Shown here: one piece after another, positions 52,908-62,410 of the stretch | How the letters are laid out: the number at the start of each line of letters is the position of its first letter | How positions within the stretch are numbered: position 1 is the first letter of the stretch | NCBI RefSeq assembly: GCF_036321535.1 | Contig: NC_087436.1 | Span: 35,528,001 to 35,592,000, forward strand | Origin: Camelus dromedarius | Lineage: Eukaryota | Reading direction: 5' to 3' | DNA: 64,000 bases | Translations under genes and position numbers: made by a program | Notes under the pieces: model-generated | The model's input: the letters and a program-made list of their open reading frames with translations, nothing else | Databases searched by the model: none | Told to the model about the DNA's origin: nothing

Positions 52908-53001
52908 ATTTTTCCCCCTTAATGGAGGTACTGGGGATTGAACACAGGACCTCATGAATGCCAAGCTCACATCCTACCACTGTGCTATGCCCCAGCTCCC
53001 C
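52908..53001 (-). mobile_element. tRNA-derived SINE, divergent Vic-1-like short form
   Basis: Reverse complement gggagctggggcatagcacagtggtaggatgtgagcttggcattcatgaggtcctgtgttcaatccccagtacctccattaa shares its 3' part with the SINEs at 34680 and 41675. Confidence 0.8.
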
Positions 53002-54965
53002 ATAGGAAAACCTCCTTCTGTAGAGCCTTAAGAGAATGCTGCCTTCAAAGCTCACTATTTGGCCAAGTGGCCCTACTGTTTCCCAGGCTCCATTTGCTCT
53101 GTATTCACAGCTCTTTGCCTGGTCACTCTGCTCAAAAACATTTAGAGTTTACTTACCTACATAAAAAAGTGAACATGCCTTAGCTTATCCTAAAGGGTCC
53201 TCTATAATATAGTCCCAGCTTAACCAACTTTCCAAAAATACCTTTTAAAAAATCTTCCACTTCTGATCCAACTGACTTGGATCTCTATTTCTGGTGCCAC
53301 CCCCTCCTGAATGGAAGCCAGCATCCTCCCTTGTATGGACATGTTTCTGTTGGATGCCTCTGCCCTGTGCCCTCCATTTGACCATAATTGAGAGAATATC
53401 GTTGAAGTATTTATTATAGCATTGGCAATTGTGGATACTCGTTGCCTTTTCTTCCCTTTCTCCCCTCCAGTAGGCATTTATTAATGAAATGTGAATAACT
53501 GATTCTCGAGTTTTTATTGTGTCTTGTATGTGTCTTGCAAGATTACTTTTTGTCTGCTTATCCTTTTTCAGATTTTGTCTTTTTTTTTTTAACTTTAGTT
53601 CAAGATTCTTGGAAGTAGAAAGTCTGTTTACTGACATTGTAAAGCCACTTGGAACTTTTAGTCACCCCATAAACACACCTGGATGATAATGACAGCTCAT
53701 TTTCTTTAAATGAGTTGGTATATACAATGCATGCAATTAACTGAATTATGAATTTATTATCTACCATAGGATTGGCAGACAAGTAAGTCAGAGGATTAAA
53801 TCTGTGCTGTCCATATAAATATGATGCCACAAGAAAATACACTTTTTATTTCTTTTTAAAAGTCAGTGCCATCTCCCAATAACACTCCTGTTTCATTCTA
53901 TTTCATGTCAATATGAAAATCATGCCTGGGCTTCAAAAAATTGTTCTAAACTTTTTAAAGTTACTATTTTAAAAAATCTAGTATCACATACAAGTTAGTG
54001 GCATGCAAAACAGCAACCACTCCTACAGTTTAGGCAAATTCTATTTTCCACACAATAAAATATGCCTCTGTACCTTAAGAATATATAAAAAATCTCTACC
54101 TTGTAGATTTCTAATAAGTTCCATTTTTTGCAAACTTATATAACCTTGTGGTCTTATTTCTCTAAGTGGCTAACAAACAAGTGGTGTATACGACATAAAC
54201 ACTCCTAACCCACATTTATTATGGAATAGCACCATTTTTCACACTAAAAATAACTGCTAGTAAATTTGTGCAAAATTCGGTGATTGCTTCCAAAACTTTT
54301 TGTCAGCATTTTTCAACTGCTCTGTTTCATGATCAGAAAGTTTGAACCAAAGATGTTGGGAAAGAAACTGAAACCATGTGAATCGAAGACTATAGGAACA
54401 AGAATAATGAAAGTTGACTGATGTGAAACCCACAAATCTCTCCTAGTTTTACTCAAAAGAAGACCCATGTAAGATGACTGTGCTCTCCTCCCCTCCAACT
54501 CCTCCCTTCCCCACCCACCGGCAGCACAACACCCCTGCCAGTATCTATTGCTATTTTATAAGATTGCTCCTAGACTGAAAATTCTTACCTTTCCCCACCT
54601 TTTGAAAAAACGAGAAAACACTCACCACCTGGTCTAATAATTCCAGTTCCAAAGTATGATATTCTTTGCAGGGAGTGTTTAGTCATTTTCGATTCATTCT
54701 ATGAACTCTTACTGAGGAAATTGCTTTTTCTTGAAAATTAGCGAATTCTGCCTGTGTCTACAGAGCCCAGCAAACCATTAACATAAGAAAATTCAAACAC
54801 TTAATAACTGTTTTGTCCAGGTAGTGGAATGCAAATGGTTTCTGGTTTCAGGCGAACGTTTGTTTTTTTTTTTTTCTCTTCATTTCAATTATTTTCTTTT
54901 TCACTGAATTGACACAGAGTTGGGTATCATGTAGACACAGATTAAGACAAGAAAAAGTAAGTATC

Positions 54966-55158
54966 ATAAAATAAATAAACAAGTGTCTTCTGTACAGCAC
55001 AGGGAACTACATTCAGTATCTTGTAGTAACCTATAATGAAAAAGAATATGAAAACGAACATATGTATGTATATGGATGCCTGAAAGTTATGCTGTACACC
55101 AGAAATTGACACACTGTAAACTGACTATACTTCAACAAATAAATAAATAAAAATGTTT
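54966..55158 (+). mobile_element. Short L1 3' terminal insertion with 14-bp TSD
   Basis: Matches the 3'UTR end of the L1s at 8.7 kb and 24.8 kb; TSD aaaaagtaagtatc at 54952-54965 and 55159-55172. Confidence 0.95.
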
Positions 55159-55430
55159 AAAAAGTAAGTATCTTCTTTACGGTCACACAAATAACTGATA
55201 GAATTCAGAGAGCAGGACAATGACAAGTCTAAGGTTGACGGACATTACTCTCCACACAGCACCGTATTAAAAAAAAAAAAAAAGAAACAGGAGTCAAGAA
55301 TCTTATTCTTAAAGGATTTAACTAGGGAGATAGAGGACACAAAACCATGACAAATCTCAACCTTGTGATCCTTGTCTCTTTTATTTGGGGCTCATCACGT
55401 CATTTCTACGTGCTTTCTCATTAGTCTTAC

Positions 55431-55487
55431 CTGTAAAAGTGATACAGTGGGATTTAATCAACTCCAACTTTAGCTCAAAAACAGAGT
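55431..55487 (-). other. Candidate 57-nt exon of an unidentified minus-strand transcript
   Basis: Minus strand: acceptor tccttacattttgcatcctag, 57-nt body, donor cag|gtaaga. No transcript evidence available. Confidence 0.35.
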
Positions 55488-55628
55488 CTAGGATGCAAAA
55501 TGTAAGGAGCAGGGGGCAAAAAAATGCAGTAATGAAAATAAATAATAGTTTGATTTGATATTTTTCAATGAACAAAGTATGCCCCAAAGGCCACCTGCCT
55601 GTTTTTTAAATAAAGTTTTATTAGAATT

Positions 55629-55849
55629 AGGGCCAGGATTAGGGTGAGGTAAGTGAGGCAGAGTTGTTCAAATGCAGGATCAGAACCTGCCTTTATTTAA
55701 AATTTCTATAGTGTTTTTTTTTTTTGCACTAATTTTTTAAAATATTACATTAAAATAGTATTTACCTTTATTATTGAGGTTTTTGAAACTCCCTTAAATT
55801 CTGTGTCTGAGATGAGTGCCTCACTCACTTTACCTTAAATTCAGCCCTT
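55629..55849 (-). mobile_element. MER96B-like hAT MITE
   Basis: Termini agggccaggattagggtgaggtaagtgaggca and tgcctcactcactttaccttaaattcagccct form imperfect TIRs; AT-rich interior matches the recalled MER96B. Confidence 0.75.
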
Positions 55850-56226
55850 CAAAACTCTAAGAAAAACTAAAAATAAATACTAGGGAAAATATGCAATGCA
55901 TACAAAAGAAATTATTGAAATTATCAGCCAGCAAGTAGCTTTAATATCTATAGAGATTACATTTTATTTTAAACATACAAATTCCACAAGCAGCCTAATA
56001 CTATAAAAGCTCAAAGCAGGAAAATTATCTCGACAGGCAGTGTGGTAATATATGAAAAAAAATTTATTAATAAAAGACTGGCAAATCCAGCAGCTAGTAC
56101 TTGGTTTTCTTGCCCTCTTGGGATGACTGGGCTGTGTTTAGTCTGGCCATTCCATTTCGTAGCCAAATCTTGGAGTGTTAGAAAATGCAGACTAAGACAC
56201 CTCAGGTTCCACTTACTGCTTAGTAG

Positions 56227-56564
56227 TGTTGACCTGAAATAAACAGACTGCCAGGTATTTCTCCAGCAAAGATGGGTTTATTTGGGATCAGCAGAGAATT
56301 GCAATTCAGGGTCTGCAACCACGGTGAGCCATGTGCAAGTCCTTGCATGGCAAGGGAAGGGGAGTGCTTTTATAGAGGGGGAAAGGCAGTGGGGAGGGCC
56401 AGAGTAGAACAGAGTCCATGGCTTTTCATTGGCCGGGTCCTTGCCAGGAAAGATGAGGAATCTGTCTTCTTTCCATTGGGCTCTGCTATAGTCGCGGGGC
56501 GTGAGAGCTCCCTGTTCTGGCCTCTCAACTCTATGTAATTGGGGTTTCTGTATATTACTTTTCA
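56227..56564 (-). mobile_element. Solo ERV LTR (ERV1-like)
   Basis: TG...CA ends; on the minus strand two CCAAT boxes, then TATAAAA (plus ttttata near 56367), then AATAAA (plus tttatt near 56277), in U3-R-U5 order. No clean TSD found. Confidence 0.7.
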
Positions 56565-57151
56565 TAGGATGCCTACTATTTTATAGAAGGTAGAAAAGCA
56601 TGAACTCTAAGGCTTCACTTAATGGAGGTGTCCTGTTCACACTGGAGGGATGGGGAAGTATTGGGGGTTATGAGAGGTGAGATGCAGAGCTCTTGAGAAC
56701 ACTGTATATTTCCCCTGTCTATATGCAAGGCCCTAACTGGTATCTCTCTCTTTTAAGTCATCTGCCATAGGTGTAACCCCTGAGGTACAGTACGAGGTTC
56801 AAGAGAGTAGTCCAAATTAGTATTTACTTACTGCACAAAGAAAATAAGTTCCTGTTGGAATTATTAGCAGTAGAGCATTACCACCAAAATTATAGCAGCT
56901 TCTGATGAACAAATGAGCATGTGTGAGAACCTACAGATACCCTCATTTCTAACAGAATTGAGGGAGAATTAAGGAGAACAGGGTTAGAGCAGATCAGATT
57001 ACAACCCCACGTCATGTCCCAGCAAGAGAGCAAATGTGAACGTGTCCTAAATAAAACAGAGCATCTCTTTAATTATTGATTCACTGATGCTTATTCAGTT
57101 GCTATTTGTTTTTTACCTTCTAAATATCTGAAAAGTAGATGATGAAAGAAG

Positions 57152-57188
57152 TAAGAGTCTCATGCTCTACCGACTGAGCTAGCCGGGC
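57152..57188 (-). pseudogene. 5' half of tRNA-Lys(CTT), tailless retropseudogene
   Basis: Reverse complement GCCCGGCTAGCTCAGTCGGTAGAGCATGAGACTCTTA equals nt 1-37 of the recalled mammalian tRNA-Lys-CTT; no T-arm, CCA or poly(A); flanked by 15-bp direct repeats with 2 mismatches. Confidence 0.92.
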
Positions 57189-57287
57189 GGCTCAGGTGAT
57201 GAAAGCAGCAGTGAATAAAGAAGTGGTTGGTGTGTATACAGTTATTGTCATTAGCTATCGTTTTTTTTGTTAGGTTAGTATATTGGT

Positions 57288-57440
57288 TTTTTTTTTTTAC
57301 CACTTTTATTGTAGTACAATTCCTGTACAGTAAACTACATATATTTCAGATGTACAACTCGATGAATTTTGATAGACGTATACACCAATGAAACCACCAC
57401 CAAAATCAAAATAGCTAACATTTCCATCACTCCCCAAGAG
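57288..57440 (-). mobile_element. Old L1 (L1MB-like) 3' terminus
   Basis: T tail, then acagtaaactacatatatt...tgtacaactcgatgaattttga...gaaaccaccaccaaaatcaaaata...aacatttccatcactcccca. Confidence 0.8.
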
Positions 57441-57712
57441 GTGCAAATTTCAAACTCCCGATTTATCCCCTCCCACCCTTTCTACCCCCTGGAAACCGTA
57501 AGTTTGTTCTCTATGTCTGCGAGTCTGTTTCTGTTTTGTAGATAAGATCATTTGTGGCCTTCTTTTTAGATTCCACATATAAGCAATGTCATATGATATT
57601 TTTCTTTCTCTTTCTGGCTTACTTCATTTAGAATGATGATCTCCAGGTCCATCCATGTTGCTGCAAATGGCATTATTTTATTCTTTTTAATGGCTGAGCA
57701 GTATTCCATGGT

Positions 57713-57750
<38 letters not shown>

Positions 57751-58585
57751 ACACACATGTATATATACAACTTCTTTATCCAGGCATCTGTTGATGGACA
57801 TTTAGGTTGTTTCCATGTCTTGGCTATTGTAAATAGTGCTGCTATAAACACTGAGGTGCATGTAGCTTTTTAAATTAAGGTTCCCTCTGGATATATATCC
57901 AAGAGTAGGACTGCTGGTTCATATGGTAAGTCTATTTTTAGTTTTTTAAGGAATCTCCATACTGTCCTCCACAGTGGCTGCACCAATGTACATTCCCACC
58001 GACAGTGTAGGACGGTTCCTTTTTCTCCACACCCTCTCCAGCATTTACAGTTTGTGGACTTTTTAATGATGGCCATTCCAACTGTTGTGAGGTGATATCT
58101 CACTGTAGTTTTGATTTGCATTTTTCTAACAATTAGTGATGTTGAACATCCTTTCATGTGCCTGTTGGCCACCTGGATGTCTCCTTTTGAGAACTGTCTA
58201 TTTAGGTCTTCCATCCATTTTTTCATTGGGCTGCTTGTTTTATTTTAAGCTGTATGAGCTGTTTGTGTATTTTGGATATTAGTCCATTGTTGGTCACATT
58301 ATTTGCAAATATTTTCTCCCATTCTGTAAGGTTGTCTTTTCATTTTGTTGAGGGTATCCTTAGCTGTGCAAAAGCTTTTAAGTTTAGTTAGGTCCCACTT
58401 GTCTACTTTTGCATTTATTTCTATTACTCTAGGAGCCAGTTTGAAAAAAATATTGCTGTGATTTATGTCAAAGAGTGTTTGTTCTGCCTATGTTTTCCTC
58501 TAGGAGTTCTATGGTATCTGGTCTTACATTTAGGTCTTTAATCCACTTTGAGTTTATTTTTGTATATAGTATTAAAGAATGTTAG
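57441..58585 (-). mobile_element. Lineage-specific LINE-1 ORF2 end plus partial 3'UTR, containing a (TG)n expansion
   Basis: Minus ORFs [12 protein letters not shown]...[18 protein letters not shown]...[13 protein letters not shown] and [29 protein letters not shown] repeat at about 57711-57748. Confidence 0.95.
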
Positions 58586-59099
58586 CCATAAGCTATCTTG
58601 AAACCTTGGGTTCAACCACGTGTCCAAATAATGGAATAATAATTATCTAGTATCTCATTATTATAGCCTAACACAAATTCTCTGCAAAGCTTATAGGCAA
58701 ATAATGGAGGATAAAATAAAATTTTCTTTGAAAACAATTACATTTCACCTCATAAAAGATGACAGTTGTAACATGCACAACTCTCAAGTTCAATCATCCT
58801 TACTTTTCCAGCCTTACTAAGGTCTATCCTAAGAAGTCTGAAGATCAGGAAAATAGTCATTAGTCTCCTAAAGAAATAATTAATGAAAACTAAAATATTT
58901 TATCTGAGTTCTAGGATACCCAGACCAATATGTTTCAGTATTTACCATAATTTCTCACCAATATTTGTCTTAGATCATTTATATAACTTCATATTTTTAT
59001 CTTTATCTATATAAACCTAGTGAATAATGAAAAATTATGGAGAAAGATAACGCATTTGTTTATGCTCCTGCTATAATCATTTAAAATGTTTTTAAAAAG

Positions 59100-61530
59100 C
59101 TTTCTACAACCTCAATGTCCATCAACAGATGTTTATTGAATAAACTATGGAACATCTATACAATGTAATACTATGCTGCTACAAAAGCAAATGAGGTTTA
59201 TCCCTACATATTATTAGTCAGTGATCTCCAGAATACATTAAGTAAAACAATAAAAGGAGAAAATGTATAGAATATATTATTGTTCATCTAAGAAAGGGTA
59301 GATATAAAAAAATTCACATCCCTAAAATAATAAATGAAGGATTAAATTATAATTTTTTAATGAAAATTGATGAGGGAGGGAGAAAAGGACTATAATTAAG
59401 GAGACAGAATAAGAAGCTAGATTTTTTTGAATATACTGTATTTTGTGGATATGACTCCGGGACCACACAAAGACTTTATATTATAATTATGAAATGAAAC
59501 TAAATTGAGAAAAATAAATCCCTAAAAATAAAAGGAAACAAATAAATGGAAATTTGTATCCATTTTTTTGGTAAAACCACACAAGGGAATTATCTCAAAT
59601 AACCCTGTAACACAATAGTATGTCATCAGTGAGGGAAATTCTAAGGATAAATAAACATGCAAAAAGAAAATTTTTAAAAAGTACACTTTTTGAATAACAA
59701 TTTCATTGCTGGTAGGTTGGTACCATTATCCTGAAATTATTACGTGTGTATTGTGGAGAAAGGAAATGGGTAGTTATATTGGTGTCATTAAGAAGAAACT
59801 GATTTTCAACATTAAAAAAAAAACAGTCCAATAAGAGGTAACTCAGTTGTCCTGTTTTTAAATTGCATGCATCAAAATGAACTCACAGTGTAGTTTTTGG
59901 GTTTTTTTTTAATCTGGATTTATAACTCCGTTTTTGTAGAGGGTAGAAACAATGACAAAGCAAATAGCAATGATCACCCTAGTATCCAGATTATATGTTC
60001 TTGAAATACCACTGACCACTAAACGGAACCAGGACATCTTGGAAAATGACTAAGTTGAGATATGAAGCAGGAAATGTACAAGATGATCTTGAAATACCTT
60101 ATCACACACCAGAAAGCCGGAAGACAATCAGAGACTTGTAGGATCATGTCAAGAGTGCTCAGAGATAGTCTGCATAAATCCCTTCTGGCCAAGGATGGAC
60201 CAATTTGAGCATCAACAAAAATAACTACAGTAAATTAAATTAAAATGTAAATTATGACTACATAACAACGACAAAAAACAAATGAGGATGAGGATGCATC
60301 ACTTTTAGAGAATGCTAATGAACCAACTTACTATTTTTACAGCTGATAAATAGAGGGTAAGAATTAAGCAATTTTTCTGTATAAACTCAACCTCGTAGTA
60401 AGTAGCAACATAATTGTTAACAGGAAGTTTCTCTTCATAAAAATATTCCAACTAGTAAGTAAAGAAAAAATAGTAGAATAATAACATGATCATTTTGCAG
60501 CCTTTAATGAATTAATGAGTCTACTGATATACTATCTAATATGGTAGCCATAGTCACATGTGGCTATTTACATTTAAATTTAAAGTAATTAAAATTTAAA
60601 AAATTAAAAATTCAGTTTCTCAATCATACTACCCACATTTGAGAGCTACATATGGCTAGTGATTACCATATTAAGATATCAAACATGGAATATTTAGTAC
60701 AGATATAGAATATATATATGTACTGATGTGGAATATTTCATCACCACAGACATTTCTATTGGAAAATGCTGCTCTAGAAAGCCTGCTCTAGACAATGAAG
60801 TTCAATTGCTTCCAGATATTGTGACAGAAGTATACAATAGCACCTTGGGGAAAAAAAAAAACAACAACGAAGGAAGGGAGGGAGGAAAGGAGGAAGAAAG
60901 GAAAACATGAATAAAATTAAGCCTCTAGATCTCACTACCAATTTTGCGTACTTATAGGAAATATGGGGGACAAAGGACTGTGCTTTACAACACTGGGGGA
61001 TCCAGTCAGCAAATTCCAAACTGTGGAACATTGTTCAGAACAAATGAAACATTTTTCTTAACAAAAATATTACCCAAAAAATTGATGGAAAGAGGAAACA
61101 AATCTCACAAAGGCCATGAAATTTTAACAAACATATCAAGCAATTAGAATCCACAGCCCATATTAAAAGCCTATTTCAAACAAATGGTGAGATAAATAAT
61201 ATAAATTTTAAGACAACTGTGGAAATTTGAACACTGGATATTTGCTGATATTAAGCAACTATTCCTAATTTTGGCTAGGCTTAAAAAATAGATTATTTTA
61301 AGCATCCTTACCTTTTAGATCCATACTGAAATGCTTACAGATGAAGTGATACAATACTTGGACTTTGCTTCAAAATGATCTGGATGTGCGACCTTGAGGA
61401 AGTAAAAACTAAAACAACATTTAGCTGAGACTTGTTTTTTGGAGTTGGACAAGGGGTACATGGAAGCTCATTGTATGTTTCTCTCTACTTTTATGTATGT
61501 TTGAAATTTTCTATAATAAAAACTTTAAAA
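59100..61530 (+). mobile_element. Old L1 (L1MC/L1ME-like) ORF2 end and long 3'UTR
   Basis: Starts caacctcaatgtccatcaacagat...taaactatggaacatctatacaatgtaatactatgctgct; ends ggaaatttgaacactggata...ttctctctacttttatgtatgtttgaaattttctataataaaaa. Confidence 0.75.
60528..60776 (-). mobile_element. MER3 hAT-Charlie element nested in the old L1
   Basis: aatatggtagcca..agtcacatgtggctatttacatttaaatt...aaaattcagtttctca...tggctagtgattaccatatt...ttctattggaaaatgctg follows the recalled MER3 consensus. Confidence 0.85.
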
Positions 61531-62199
61531 ATTTTTCATTGTGTCAGCCAATTATAATCCACAGGTATATAAACATGTTAATTACAGATGAACTAGCAAA
61601 ATTATTTAACCATTCCTTATCTATGATGAAACAATTTATACTCCAAATCTTGGTAAAGTGCATTGCAATGCAAACCTCCAAAGCAGGATGCTTAAACTTT
61701 GTTAAGTATAAGATTTTTTTTCCAAACAACCAATGAAAAAATTCATTTAATTAAACATTTCTCAGTTAAAAGAAAAATAGTTAGACATCACTCAATATGA
61801 TACCAGTAGGGGGAGATAGATGCTGGATTTCTTCTGAAATTTTTTTTTTCAAGAAGTAATCTAAATTTAATCTGACAGTCTGGATGACCTGGGGGTGGAT
61901 GGGGTGCAGAGAGCATGCTATCCTGAGTTTTCGGTAAAAAGCATGTCTCCACCCTCAATTTTTTAGTCCTTCATTTCCAAGAAAGCAATTGTTCACTCTG
62001 CATCATTACAATCCATTTTCCATTCTAACTACATGTTCAAATTACAGTAATAACACTGCCCAAAGTGTCCTTCTGCCCCTTACAGCTCCATGATGGACTT
62101 CCTAGATATTATGTAAGTAGTTTTTTATAAGTACCTCTTTTGGTCTCCCATATGAAGCACTAATTTTACATTGGGCTTAAACTAGTACTTTAGTAAATA

Positions 62200-62410
62200 A
62201 TGTTGTTCATTTATACAACTATTCCCTGAGTCTGCTATGTGCATGGTACTGGGGGTCAGTGCTGAAGTTATGAAGAATGAGAATTAATTCCTCCCCTCAA
62301 ACAGCTTACAATTTAGGAGAAGAGCAGAGTATACAGTAGGATAAAACAGGTGATCATGTGATTGTATGGGAGCCCATGGGTGGGCAGCTAACCCATCTTG
62401 GAGAAAGACT
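62200..62410 (-). mobile_element. L2 fragment
   Basis: ttcatttatacaactattccctgagtctgctatgtgcatggtactg...cccctcaaacagcttacaatttagg. Confidence 0.6.
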
